Shown: one piece after another, positions 23,538-36,838 of the stretch | Layout of the letters: each line of letters begins with the position of its first letter | Position numbering within the stretch: the first letter of the stretch is position 1 | DNA from: Malacoraja senta | Lineage: Eukaryota | DNA length: 64,000 nt | Reading direction: 5' to 3' | NCBI GenBank assembly: GCA_038087875.1 | Contig: CM075997.1 | Coordinates: 868,001-932,000, forward strand | The notes under the pieces: generated by a model | Databases searched by the model: none | Seen by the model: only the letters and a program-made list of their open reading frames with translations | Told to the model about the DNA's origin: nothing | Translations under genes and position numbers: made by a program

Positions 23538-24682
23538 TAATGGTCAGGCAGATTGATCGTAGCAGAGGCACTAAGTAACGAAGGGGGGGCTGCGTCTATG
23601 TTCAGCACCACAGTACCATCTTTGTTCTGGCATTAAGTTACTGGCAAGTGTGGTGCCAAAGAACAAAGTGACAGGATGGGGTTACACTCCAGTGTTCAGC
23701 GGTGATGAATACACAGCTCTCCTGCTCTGCTATCTGGTTGCAGCAGCAGAAATTCCACAGAAACAGTGCTCCCAAGCAGCTGAAAATGTGGAACAAGTGA
23801 GCAGAAACACCTGTACGGAGAAGCAAGCTCGTGTATAACATGGAGAGGTTTCAGATATCTGTGCTAGCCAGCTGAATCATGGAAGAAGCTTTTTGAAAAT
23901 GGAGCTAAAACATAAAATATCGAACAACACAGCAGCGGCCCTTCAGCCCACAATATTTGTGCCCAACATGCCAAGTTAAACGGACCTCATCTGCCTGCAC
24001 ACCATCCATATCCCTCTATTCCCCGCACTTCCATGTGCCTATCTAAAAGCCTCTTAAACGCCACTATTATATTGGGCCTCCACCACCACGTCTTGCAGCA
24101 CGTTTCAGGTCCCCAACCACTCTGTGGTAAAACTTACCCAACACATCCCCCTCGCTAACGTAATCGCTATTGAGTTGAGTTTAGTTTATTGTCACGTGTA
24201 CCGAGGCACAGCGGAAAGCTTTTGTTCTCTATGTCCTCTAGTGTTGGACATTTCCACCCTTGGGAAAAAGGTTCTGACTGTTTACCCTCTCTAAGGTAGA
24301 CAAAAATGCTGGAGAAACTCAGCGGGTGAGGCAGCATCTATGGAGCGATGGAATGTGACATTTCGGGTCGAGAACCATCTAAGCCTTTCATCATTTTATT
24401 ATACCAAACAGAAGAACATGATCACAGTGCAAAAGTCATCATCATCCCAAACACTTCAGTATTTTGCACAGACATAAAATAATGTTGCTTGGTCTTTCTC
24501 ACTGATGATTATGATTCACAGAATTCCTCAAGACTTGTGAGTAACCAAAATGAATGACTAAGAGGCCAATAATCCAAGCACTCTGTACTCTCTTCTCCAC
24601 ATTTACTTCCTTCTAAAAGTGAATATTAATATCCCATATTGCAAGAGTAATCCTTTGACGTATAATTTAATTTGTTTGTTAA

Positions 24683-24794
24683 TGGAATGCGTGCTTTATA
24701 AGGGAAAGATTTTCTTTGGGTGCCCTTCAAGGAAGGCTTTGGAATGCGTGCTTTATAAGGGAAAGATTTTCTTTGGGTGCCCTTCAAGGAAGGC
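24683..24794. repeat. Tandem duplication, period 57 bp
   Basis: TGGAATGCGTGCTTTATAAGGGAAAGATTTTCTTTGGGTGCCCTTCAAGGAAGGC is identical at 24683-24737 and 24740-24794. Confidence 0.95.
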
Positions 24795-26460
24795 ATGAGA
24801 GAGTGTCCTGTGGTAGTCAACTTCTTTCCTCAGCTTTTGGTATCTGCAAACCTCGGGACTAAATGCTGGAGTAACACAGTGGGACAGGCAGCATCTCTGG
24901 AGAGAAGGAATGGGTAACGTTTCAGGCCGAGACCTTTTTTTCAGACGCCACAGACCATGCCCGACCTGTAGTTCCTCCAGCACTTTGTATGTTATCTTGA
25001 GCAAAAGAAACAGTTTGCAGGCTCTTCAGAAGGGCCTCGACCCAAAACGTGTGGTCTGAAGAAGGGTCTTGACCCAAAACGACACCCATTCCTTATCTCC
25101 AGAGTTACTCCAGCATTTTGTGTCTATCTTCAGTGTAAACCAGCATCTGCAGTTCCTTCCTACACAGCACCAAGGTTGAAAAATTCTCTCGCGCGTCCCC
25201 ATGGCAACCCTGTTCTCGCTCGACCAGAGATATTCCCACTTTATCTTATCCATTCCACCACCATATTCCAGACAAATTACAAATGGCATCTCTTCTCACT
25301 TTGCCAGTTCTGAGGAAGAGTCTTAAGCCTGAAACAGTAACTGTGCTTCTCTCTCCACAGATTCTGCCTGACTTGCTGAGTGTTTCCAGTATTTTGCATT
25401 TTTATCTCAGATTTCCAGAATCTGCAATTGTTCGATTTGTAGATGCAAGAAGAAAATATTTCACATCACTTTCATAATATCCCAAAATGCCATGAAATAC
25501 CTTTTGAAGTACAGTGCACAAACCATCCAGGCAATTTACATACAAGCTCACACGAACAACATTTCAGTGATGTCAATTGAGAAATAAAGGTTGGAATATC
25601 TAGGTTATTTCTCACACTTGGGCCAGGAATTCTATTAAGCTAAGTCTTGGTCTTAGTTTGACATTTAGTTTAGTTTTAAAATACAGCGCAGAAACAGGTC
25701 CTTTGGCTTTCCGAGTCTGCACCAACCAGCGATCCCCGCACACTCACATTATCTTACACACACTTGGGACAAATTACAATTTTTTATCAAACCAATTAAC
25801 CTACAAACCTGAAGGTAGACAAAAATGCTGGAGAAACTCAGCGGGTGAGGCAGCATCTATGGAGAGAAGGAATAGGCGACGTTTTGGGTCGAGACCCTTC
25901 TTCAGACTGATGTACAATGGAACAATGAAGTACTTGCAACAGCATTACAAACCCGGGCCTGCCGTGCCTCAAGGCAGCGACTCTACCGCTGCGCCACCGT
26001 GCCGGCCTGATCCAAAAGATGAGGCGTGAAACAATGGAAGATTGTCAGAGCAGCACATTGGAGAATCAGCCTCGACTTTAGTGCTCGTGTTTCTGATGTG
26101 GGCTGTGGGGCTCTTCCAGGGCCAGACTGCTGTCTACTGAGCCATAGCTGAAGCTTAAGCGACAGCTGGCAAGGGAACAATACAAATTATTGATCACCAT
26201 AGACACCTTTCACTCATATTTGGCAAAGTACCAAGCTGCATCATGAATGGTGGAATTGACTAAACTGTGGAAGGCACTAAATGTGAATAAACATTACAGG
26301 CCACAGTCGGTTTTGTGTTTTAACCACGGTGCCCGCAGTGTGATCATTCCCATGACACAGACCGAAGCAGCCCGATGTATAATTAATTATTTCGTGAAGC
26401 ACAACCATCAGTCACATTTTAACAGGGGCATAGTTTAAGGATCAAAAGCAGATCTAAACC

Positions 26461-26770
26461 TGGGAGAGTCTAGGACTGGAGGGCACAGCCTCAGAATTAA
26501 AGGACGTTCCTTTAGGAAGATGAGGAGAAAGTTCTCTAGTCAGAGGGTGGTGAATCTGTGGATTTTTTTGCCACAGATGGCTATGGAGGCCAAGTCAATG
26601 GATATTTTTAAGGCAGGGATAGATTCTTGATTAGTACGGGTGGTAGGGGTTATGGGGAGAAGGCAGGAGAATGGGGTTAGGAGGGAGAGATAGATCAGCC
26701 ATTATTAAATGACCAAGTAGACTTGATGGGCCGAATGGCCTAATTCTGTTCCTATCACTTACGACCTAAT
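26461..26770 (+). mobile_element. CR1-clade LINE 3' fragment
   Basis: Same subfamily as 19127-19440. Confidence 0.82.
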
Positions 26771-28422
26771 GACCCAAACCAAAGGCTTCAGATCTGAATT
26801 CATGGTCTAAAACATTATCATGTAAATTCAGAATTATATTTAAAGGATATATTCACTATTTTTCTTCACTGGTTGAAGAATTGTGGAGGACAAGTGTGAA
26901 GTGTAAGGACATAGAACAGTACAGCACAGGGAAAGGCCCTTCGTCCCGCAAAGTCCATGCCGAACATGGTGCCAAAGTTAAACTAATCTCCCTACACCTG
27001 ATTCATCCATTCCCTATCCAAAATCTTTAAATGCCACTATCATATCTGCCTTCACCAACTCCTCTGGCAGTGCATTAGAGGCACTCACCACTCTGTGGGT
27101 AACTATATAGACTAGAGAGATACAGCCAGGAAACAGACCCTTCGGCCCACCAAGTCCGCGCCAACCAGTGATCCCCTCGTACACCCCGTAATTAGGTTAA
27201 TTTGGCCTCGGTAAAAATAGTAAATCGTCCCTAGCATGTAGGATAGTGCTTCTGTAAGGGGTAATAACTGATCGGCACGGACTCGGAGGGCCGAAGGGCC
27301 TACAGCCATCCTGTACGTACCTCCAACTGAACTAGAAAAACCGAGAGGTTTCTTTTTCTTTCTTTACGCAAAGCTGTTCTCTACAATAAATCACTGAGAT
27401 TCAGTTTTCTTGTACCAGAGTTCCTTCCAGCGCATTTCTCCGTAATGCCCTTGCGTTACCGAGTGTGAGTCACACATGACTAGCAAAATACTGGGTATAA
27501 AATAATGAGATCAGCTTTCATTCAAGCTCAGCAGCTAGATACTACACTCGCTCCCTGAATATCAATGGCCCGTCCCCCTCATGCCCTCAAAGGCATTGCA
27601 GTTCTGTTCACCATGTATTAGCAATCCAGCTTAACCAGACCGTTCACTTATTAACGAAAGATACATTTTCTAATACATTGTACTCCAGTTTAACACAATC
27701 CTTTGTCAGTTTCCTTCCAAACTCTGCAAACCGTGCAGTTTGTATTATTTAAATCCTGCTCATAAATCATAGGCAGGGCCTCATTTTAACACCTTATTCA
27801 AAAGATGGCAGCTCCAGCAGTATAGCATTCCTGCAGTGGACTGTCAAGTCTAATCTTTTTATGCTTCCATCTCAGGATGCTCCTCAAATTCTAGGTAACA
27901 CCCTCTTCTCCTCCCTCTTTCCTGTGCTCCCTTTTCTCCCACCGTTACTGACCCCCCTTCCATCTATATCCCTCCCTCTGGCTTGGCATTCACTCCTCTC
28001 ATTAACCGACACCATAATTTTCTCCTTTTCATTTCTAGACTTTGTCCACCCTATCTGTAAAATCACACTCCCCTCACCTCCATCCACCTGAAGGGTCTCG
28101 ACCCGAAACAGCACCTGTTCCTTTCTCCAGAGCTGCTGCCCGCCCCGCTGAGTTACCCCAGCATTCTGCATCTATCCACCTATCACTTGCCAGGCTTTGT
28201 CACGCTCTCCCCACCTCTTTTCCAGCGTTCTTCACCCTGCTACAATCAGTCTGATTCGACACATTTTTAAGCAACTCGCGTTTGACCAACTCTTAAGCAG
28301 CAACAATGAGCACAAAATGCAGCAAACTTCCAACTAGGGGCATGATTAATGTATGGAGCTAAGTTCCATAAGTGCTTAACTTTGATGGGCATCCAGTGTG
28401 TACTTCACACAAGCACTAAAAT

Positions 28423-28693
28423 GGGGCAGCACGATTGCACAGCGGTAGAGTTGCTGCCTTACAGCGCCAGAGACGCGGGTTCGATCCTGACTACGGTTGC
28501 CGTCTGTACGGAGTTTGTACATTCTCCCCGTGACCTGCGTGGGTTTTCCCCGGGTGCAGGTTTGTTGGTTAATTGGCTTCGGTAAAATTGTAAATTGTCC
28601 CTAGTGTGTATGGGATCGTGCTAGTGTGCGGGGTGATTGCTGGTTGGTGCGGACTCGGTGAGCCGTAGGGCCTGTTTCCTCTCTAAACTAAAC
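28423..28693 (+). mobile_element. HE1-type SINE with internal deletion
   Basis: Same head, B box and tail as 28910-29216. Confidence 0.85.
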
Positions 28694-28909
28694 ATGCATC
28701 CACAACCACAAAATTCATTTCACAAATTTATCAAATTGGCATAACTAAGAATCAAGAATTCTAAATGTGCAGACTGTGAGTGCAGTGAAGATTCCAGGTG
28801 CTGCGCATATCCAAACTACTGCACTGTCAGGAAATAAAATAGCTTTAAAACGTTTGCTGTCTGCAAACACCACGTATACCTAGAAGCTTTTTTGTAGGAT
28901 CATCTACAA

Positions 28910-29216
28910 GGGTGGCACAGTGGCGCAGTGGTAGAGTTGCTGCCTTACAGCAAATACAGCGCCGGAGACCCGGGTTCGATCCCGACTAAGGGTGCTGTCT
29001 GTACGGAGTTTGTATGTTCCCCCCATGACTTGTGTGGGTTTTCTCCGAGATCTTCGGTTTCCTCCCACACTCCAAAGACTGTAGGTTAATTGGCTTGGTA
29101 AATGTAAAAATTGTCCCTTGTGGGTATAGGATAGTGTTAGTGTGCGGGGATCGCCGGTTGCCACGGACCCAGTGGGCCGAAAGGGCCTGTTTCCGCGCTG
29201 TGTCTTTAAACTAAAC
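28910..29216 (+). mobile_element. HE1-type (V-SINE) tRNA-derived SINE, full length
   Basis: A box TGGCGCAGTGG, B box GGTTCGATCCC, V-domain GGTTTCCTCCCACACTCCAAAGAC, LINE-derived tail GGGCCGAAAGGGCCTGTTTCC...(TAAAC)n. Confidence 0.9.
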
Positions 29217-30297
29217 TCATGGTCATACTCTAAACCCTCCCAAATATCTACTCCACCAATCCACAACCATCACAATAAACTACTTGGTTCAAAGTAACAA
29301 AATGGGAACGGTGAACTTCACCCTAAACATCGGATTAATTAGTGTGCAGTTTTATTTCTCAATGGCACAGTATCGGCTGGGCGGAGATTTCTTCGCCTGA
29401 AGTACATGAACTGTACAGAACAATGGCTCACTTGTGCTCTGGGGGGGAAACAGCAGGGAGAATACACACACCCACTTACTACACACTGAAAGAAATCCTC
29501 AAATACAAGGCTGCATGGCCACTGGCTAATCTCAATGCAAAAGGAAAGAAATGGCATGAGGCGGATGGATTCCTTCCCCTCCTTTATGCTGGCACAAAGA
29601 TTCAGTGTGAATAAATTACCTCTTGCAAAAATTTGGGGTTAATTGTGCTCAGAAATACCGGCTTCATACAATGCCGTCTCAAGATGGAATTTGTGATTTC
29701 TGACTATCTAACAAACATAAAACGGGGCACATTCCAACACTGGGGCCTCAGACTATTTCTTATCATCTCTGAATTTGGTGGGTTTTGGATGCCAGCTGCC
29801 CTGAAGGGGACGGCATCTTGCAAAGGCCAGCTGTCACCCCATAGAAGAGCGGTCATGAACGTGAAGTTGTAAGCGGCAGTTGTTCCACAGGGCTCTTTCA
29901 CACACTTTATTCAGACGGAATGTCTCTATCTGTGCTGCCATCGAATGCCGGCAGTCGTGTCTCCGCACGCATTTCCCAGCTCTGTCCTACATGTTCCTCA
30001 ACCCAGACAACGTCAATATCAACAATTATCACGTGCAGATGATTTCACCCTCCCCCCCCCCCCCTCACAATCGGCAGCACGGTGGCGTAGCGGTGAAATT
30101 GCTGCCGGGCTCGATCCCGACTACGGGTGCAGTCTGTACGGAGTTTATACATTCTCCCCGTGAGTCGATGGGAATGTACTGAGAATAAAATATGTTGAGT
30201 GTAAATGCTTGCTCAATGGCTGGTGTGAGTGTGTCAAAGGGTCGAATGATGTGTCTGAAGAAGGGTCTCGACCCAAAACGTCACCCATTCCTTCTCT

Positions 30298-30993
30298 GAC
30301 CATATGGTGCCAGCAAAATAACCTGGCTATCAACTCCAGCAAAACCAAGGAACTGATTGTGGACTTTGGAAGGGGTAGGATGGGGTCCCACAGTCCCGTT
30401 TATATCAACGGGTCGATGGTGGAAATTGTCAAGAGCTTCAAATTCCTGGGCGTGCACATCTCTGAAGATCTCTCCTGGTCCCAGAGCACTGATGCAATTA
30501 TAAAGAAAGCACATCAGCGCCTGTACTTCCTGAGAAGATTACGGAGAGTCGGTATGTCAAGGAGGACTCTCTCAAACTTCTACAGGTGCACAGTAGAGAA
30601 CATGCTGACCGGTTGCATTGTGGCTTGGTTCGGCAACTTGAGCGCCCAGGAGCGGAAAAGACTACAAAAAGTAGTAAACACTGCCCAGTCCATCATCGGC
30701 TCTGACCTCCCTACCATCGAGGGGATCTATCGCAGTCGCTGCCTCAAAAAGGCTGGCAGCATCATCAAGGACCCACACCATCCTGGCCACACACTCATCT
30801 CCCCGCTGCCTTCAGGTAGAAGGTACAGGAGCCTGAAGACTGCAACGTCCAGCTTCTTCCCCACAGCCATCAGACTATTAAACTCAACTCAAACAAAAAT
30901 CTGAATAATAACCTATTGCACTTTATCTGCTTATTTATGTATTTCATTGTCCTATCTGGGACACATGACAATAAACTCTCTTGAATATTGAAT
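30298..30993 (+). mobile_element. Rex1/Babar-clade LINE 3' fragment (RT C-terminus plus 3' UTR) nested in a Penelope-derived arm
   Basis: WCQQNNLAINSSKTKELIVDF...FKFLGVHISEDLSWS...KKAHQRLYFLRRL...LPSGRRYRS...SFFPTAIRLLN; tail TGACAATAAACTCTCTTGAA. Confidence 0.9.
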
Positions 30994-31139
30994 CTCTCTA
31001 GTGATGCTGCCTGTCCTACTGAGTTACTCCAGCATTCTAGGACTGTTCAGAAGCCTGATTTCAGAGGGAAAGAAGCTGTTCAGATTCTGATAGTGTGCAC
31101 TTTAAAGCTTCTGTAACTTCTACTGACTAGAGCAGGAAA

Positions 31140-31450
31140 TAAAAGGGATGCAACACTTCGCACTTGATCCAGTTAAATTTCATCTGACAATTCTTGGTCC
31201 ACTTTCCCAGTCGATTTAGATCATAATCATACTTTTGCAACATACGAGGAATTTGATTTACTCGTTTTGTAATCTTAAATAACCTGCCTCATTGTCCACC
31301 ATAAAACTAATTCTGGTTTATCAGTAAACCTATTAACCACGCCAACCACAGTCCCATCCAAATCATTGTGAAATATGACAATCAGCAGTGGATCCAGCAC
31401 CAATCCCTGCAGCACACCGCTAGACACAAACCTCCAGTCTGAATTATCAG
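31140..31450 (-). mobile_element. CR1 reverse-transcriptase internal fragment
   Basis: SDWRFVSSGVLQGLVLDPLLIVIFHNDLD resembles the CR1 RT motif SGVPQGSVLGPLLF.I.INDLD. Confidence 0.75.
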
Positions 31451-31779
31451 TCGTCCCACCCACCATCCATATTTGCTAAAAAATCTCATTCCCGGCCTTC
31501 TCCCACACAATGTTCCCACCTCACATAGCAAATATGATAGCAGGCAACGGTGCACCAGCCACCCAGTGGTATGAGGGAATCAACAAATTGAAACATTTGC
31601 CTTTGGTGCTTCAAGGATTGGCCATCTCTGCCGAGTAGTTTAGATCATGACAGATGCCTCCTCGTGGCGATCCCCGTGACGATGCACTCTGTGACCGGCC
31701 AGGTAACCAATTCTGTCGACATGTTGGACAGAAGCCAACAGCGAGCTATACGTCGTCTGACACACGAGCGAACGAACGA

Positions 31780-32067
31780 GTTTAGTTTAGAGATACAGCG
31801 CAGAAACAGGCCCTTCGGCCCACAGAGTCTGCACCGACCAGCGATCCCTGCACATTAACACCATCCTACACCATTTTTACATGTACCAAGCTAATTGACC
31901 TACAAACCTGTACGTCGTTGGAGTGTGGGAGGAAACCGGAGATCTCGGAAAAAACCCACACAGGTCACTGGGAGAACGTACAAACTCCGCACAGACAGGC
32001 ACCCGTAGTAAGGATCGAACCCGGACTCTGGTGCTGCAAGGCAGTAGCTCTACCACGACGCCACTGT
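31780..32067 (-). mobile_element. HE1-type SINE
   Basis: Reverse-complement HE1 head, V-domain and tail. Confidence 0.85.
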
Positions 32068-32542
32068 GTCACCGTAGAACTCATTTTGCTATTTCCCAGC
32101 CTCACCTTTGATGAAGTTATCAATACTTGCAATACATAAAAGACCCTGTACATCAGACACTGTTAAAAAACTATTTAAACTAAACCTTTTCTCTGTTAGT
32201 TATGTGCAAAGAAAAAAGCTTCAATGAGCCACACCAGCTGACAGTTCAAATTTCATCTCCAGTGCAGCGTGGTTGCTGTATCTTCATCTGCAATCAATCC
32301 ATCTATTAACATGCCCATAGAACTGCAGGCAAGGTCAATACAAGGAGGCATTTTGCAGCCTAGGTGCCTGCATCAACAAAAGCATTTACTTTGATTTCAG
32401 ACTGCTGCAAAATGTTTGCCTGATGTGCTACATAGGTTGGTGCCTTAAAAAGACCTAGTTGTAAGTCAACACGATGACTGGAGTCAGTGGGGGAATAACA
32501 ATATGCTGGGTAACTATTGCTATACCGTCCTAACTCCAGTTG

Positions 32543-32717
32543 CAGTGCCCTCCGTAATGTTTGGGACAAAGACCCATCATTTATTTATTTGCCTCTGTAC
32601 TCCACAATTTGAGATTTGTAATAGAAAAAAAAAAATCACATGTGGTTAAAGTGCACATTGTCAGATTTTAATAAAGGCCATTTTTATACATTTTGCTTTC
32701 ACCATGTAGAAATTACA
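32543..32717 (+). mobile_element. Tc1/mariner-like terminal fragment
   Basis: Begins CAGTGCCCTCCGTAATGTTTGGGACA, a typical Tc1 TIR start; AT-rich subterminal sequence; no partner end in the window. Confidence 0.6.
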
Positions 32718-33614
32718 CATATGCGTGTATTAGCAAGTATGTGTACATATACACACACTGAACTTTTTTCTTCTCTCGTTTATTATATTTTTTACAGTGT
32801 ACTATGTTTACATATTTTGTTGTGTTGCTGCATGTAAGGATTTCATTGTTCTATCTGGGACATATGACAGTAAAACACTCCTTGACTCTCGGCATTTGTT
32901 AAATCGTCCACATAAAGTCAACACCCATTTCAAACCACAATGTGCCTCGTCGGGGTTTGAACTCTCAATCTCCTCATTGCCAAACTTGTAAGGCAACATA
33001 ACTGCTGCATGACCAGCCTCATGAATCACTAAACAGCCAAAACCATTTCAGTTTCCTTTCCTTCACTTTGCCCTGAAAGCCCCATGAAGATGGCCCCGAA
33101 TTTTGACTAAATTCCCTTTTGATCTTTGATGTTGTTATTCGAAAGGTTTTCTCTGAAGTCCTGACAGTGTGAAGGAACAAAGTGGCAGGAGACAGGACAG
33201 CATGCAACATTCCTTATCAAAGCAGTCCACCATTACAGCTTCTTCCCTACAGCCATCAGCCTCTTGAACACTGTAACATCCAATAAAGTCTGAACTACAT
33301 AGACTATTGGTGTCTGTGTCTGTGTCTGTGTCTTTTCTCGTTTATTATATTGTTTACAGTACTATATTTACATTTTCTGTTGTGCTGTTGCAAATAAGAG
33401 TGTCATTGTTCTATCTGGGACCTATGACCATAAAACACTCTTGACCCAAGACCCTCACTGTGCATTTCACAGATTAATTTCTCCAGTTTAACTTGTAAAA
33501 GAACAGGAAAGAGCAGTGGGAAGCGGGGGAGGGGGGGAGATACTCTTCATTCATTGAGGTGATCAATTGGATATGGAGAGCAGGGCACAGGTAAAACCAT
33601 CATCCACTCTCCAC

Positions 33615-33759
33615 GAAGATGGACACAAAATACTGGAGTAATTCAGCGGGTCAGGCAGCATCTCTGGAGAGAAGGAATAGGTGACGTTTCGGGTCGAGAC
33701 CCTTCTTCAGAAGAAGTCTGAAGAAGGGTTTAAACCAGCATCTACAGTTCCTTCCTACA
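33615..33759. mobile_element. Penelope-derived fold-back element with internal deletion
   Basis: 14-bp TSD CATCCACTYTCCAC at 33601-33614 and 33760-33773; intact minus-strand hammerhead-like core at 33683-33710. Confidence 0.8.
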
Positions 33760-35224
33760 CATCCACTTTCCACATTTCCCCAAGCCTCTTCTTTAAACAG
33801 TCACTTGTATCTCTCAGGAGATTTAATTGAATTTTTCTACAATGTTGATACAACAGCAACAACTTCACAGATCACAGTGACTACAGAATTCTGGAGTGGT
33901 TGCTAACTACCAATATTACACCCTCCAATGGAACGAGATTGGTTTTGCGTTTACTTGCAATCATGTCTTCCAGCAAATCAGATTACGTTTCTCAAAAGCC
34001 TGTAATGAGCACCAAGCCGCCTTTCTTACACAGGAATCCAGAGTTTGGAGAGAAAATGTTGGAAATAGCATCTTGGAGAGAAAAGTAGCATTAACTCTTC
34101 AGATCAATGGCCTTCAATCGTAGATCCGAGGACCCCTACTTGGAAACTACCACCTTTATTAACCTTTTGTGTTCGTTTAAAAGACCATGTCATAGGAGCA
34201 GAATCAGGTCTTTCGGCCCATCGAGCCTGCCACGCCATTCGATCAGTGCTGATCTATTTTTCCCATCAACTCCCATGCTCCGCCCTTCTCCCCGTTTCGT
34301 TTGATGCCCATGCTAATCAAGAATCTATCAATCTCTGCTTTAAAAATACCCATTAAGTACCCAAAACACTGCAGAAAATGCGCCAAGATGCGGTTTGCAT
34401 CCACACTGCTCTCGTCGGCAGCCTTTAGTTTGCAAGGGGTCATTGACAAAATGAGAACGTTGGTTCTCACTCCATAGATCTATTAAGCGTTTCCAACATT
34501 TTCTATTTTGATTGTAAATTCCAGTACCTGCAGTGTTTTTGTAATAAAAAGGAACTGCAATGTTGAAATCAAACACAGGCACCAAATGTTGGAGTAACTC
34601 AGCGGGTCAGGCTGCATCTCTGGAGAAAATAGATAGGTGACATTTCAGGTTGAGTATGAAGAAGGGTCCCGACCCGATACGTCACCTATCCATTTTCACC
34701 AGAGATGCTGCCTGACCCGCTGAGACACTCCAGTATTGTGTGTCCAGATGCAGTTTTTCGCTTTGCTTTGCTCTTTTATCACATAATCCACAACAGAGCC
34801 TCTGTAATTTAGTAGAAGATTCAAGAGGCACAAACCTGTTCATCTCAAAAATCAATTATAAAACCCAGAATTTTTATAACGGAGGAAATGGCTCACACCA
34901 TTTGCCCAAGGCTACTGAAATTGAAATAGCGCGAACAGCTATTGTGTGAAGAACTAGAATTGATCCTACAGATATGATTAATATTCTGCTACATTGTTGG
35001 TCTCAATTCAGAAGCAAGTTAATTATAAACTCAGATGAGACCGACATTGCACAGCTGTCCCTTACTGAAAACCACATTATGTTACATAAAATATTAGGGC
35101 TTTTTTTCAAAAGAAAATTCATCATATCGCAAGATGAAAAGGAGATCTTCCCGATGATAGTTGTCCTCTCCTAATCCACATGCATGAATTTATAAACAAA
35201 ACTGTCCCCATCACATTCTGCACT

Positions 35225-35550
35225 GGCTGGCGTACCCAGGTGCTACCTGTAGAGGGTTTGTAGCCATGTCAACAACCAGACTCATGAAGGGAATGGGAGC
35301 TCGAGGACAAGCCTTCCGGCAAGCCGTCAGGTCGCTGTCAGAGGCTGCCGAGCGAAGCAGCAACTGGCTGTGGCTGAAGAGGAAGGACTCCAAGTGGGCT
35401 GCAAAATGACTAGCAAGAGGGGTAAAATGGAGGGGAGCGCACCTGGGACATCAGGTGTTGCTGTTGAGCCCTCTGGAGGTGTCGTGGGTCTACCAACGAA
35501 ACATTAAGGAAGGAGGGTGCCCACCTGATGACCCCTACCCCACCTCAAGA
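35225..35550 (+). mobile_element. HERO-type (R2 group, restriction-like endonuclease) non-LTR retrotransposon 3' fragment
   Basis: Manual translation: GWRTQVLPVE / CRGFVAMSTTRLMKGMGARGQAFRQAVRSLSEAAERSSNWLWLKRKDSKWAAK* (stop 35407-35409), matching the HERO C-terminal pattern PVEVGCRGF...AAE.SS.WLW.KR. Confidence 0.78.
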
Positions 35551-35743
35551 TATTAAGAAGGTGCCAATTATAGTAGGGATTGTAATATCAAGTCCTATAA
35601 GCCCAACTGAATCACTGGGGTGGGAGATTGCAACCTTCACGTGGTCCACCCTGTTTCAACGAATGCAATCAACCTGGCGTGCACAAACAGAAGATCAAAC
35701 AGAACAAGTTTTCTTACAATTTTAGGCTGTGCACGCCATATGC

Positions 35744-35767
35744 AAGAAGAAGAAGAAGAAGAAGAAG
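35744..35767. repeat. (GAA)n microsatellite
   Basis: About 8 AAG units. Confidence 0.9.
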
Positions 35768-36461
35768 CAGAACTGAATCACTCTAATCCTGGGAGCTGGT
35801 GGAGAGAGACACACACAAAACCAAGACAGTAAAACAAACTGCACACGGATAAATTACACATGAAACGCATAAAATAAAACTCATCTGGATTACACCATAT
35901 CCTCTCTCCATTTGGAACTGGTTCAGATCTTAAATCAAGCTAGTAGAAAGAATGACATTGAAGTTCAGCACTGTCAGAATTCAGCTGCTTGGAGTCGAGG
36001 GCTCACTCACAAAAATACAAGCATAGAGAAGTACAGCTCAGGAACAGTCCCGTCGGTCTATAATGTTGAAACCGATGCCAAGTTAAACTAATCACCTCTG
36101 CCTGCATGTTGAAGAAAGAACTGCAGATGCTGGTAAAATCGAAGGTAGACACAAAATGCTGGAGAAACTCAGCGGGTGAAGCAGCATCTATGGAGAGAAG
36201 GAATTGGCGACGTTTCGGGTCGAGACCAAAGGGTCTCGACCCAAAACGTCACCAATTCCTTCTCTCCATAGATGCTGCCTCACCCGCTGAGTTTCTCCAG
36301 CATTTTGCATCTACCTCTGCCTTCCAATGATCATATCCATGTGGCGACCCAAAAACCTTAAACGCCATTATTTAACTGCCTTCACCACCACCGCTGACAG
36401 ATAGTTCCAGACATCCACCACTCTCTGTGGAAAACATTTGCTCTGCACAGCTCCATTGACC

Positions 36462-36838
36462 TTGAAACATATAAGATTGTTAAGGGCTTTGAAACATATA
36501 AGATTGTTGAGGGCTTGGACACGCTAGAGGCAGGAAACATGTTCCCGATGTTGGGGGAGTCCAGAACCAGGGGCCACAGTTTAAGAATAAGGAGTAAGCC
36601 ATTTAGAACGGAGACGAGGAAACACTTTTTCTCACAGAGTGGTGAGTCTGTGGAATTCTCTGCCTCAGAGGGCAGTGGAGGCAGGTTCTCTGGATGCTTT
36701 CAAGAGAGAGCTAGATAGGGCTCTTAAAAATAGCGGAGTCAGGGGATATGGGGAGGAACGGGGTACTGATTGGGGATGATCAGCCATGATCACATTGAAT
36801 GGCTCGAAGGGCCGAATGTCCTACTCCTGCACCTATTG
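36462..36838 (+). mobile_element. CR1-clade LINE 3' fragment with 27-bp tandem duplication at its 5' junction
   Basis: TTGAAACATATAAGATTGTTRAGGGCT occurs twice, then LDTLEAGNMFPMLGESRTRGHSLRI. Confidence 0.82.

Noticed and set aside
28910..28990. tRNA gene
   Set aside because: The A and B boxes belong to the tRNA-derived head of an HE1 SINE and continue into the V-domain and LINE tail; there is no complete cloverleaf.
30209..30904. 231-aa host gene (such ORFs are sometimes labelled ALKBH8-like/DUF1891)
   Set aside because: It is the RT C-terminus of a 5'-truncated Rex1/Babar LINE; the ORF start comes from flanking repeat sequence.
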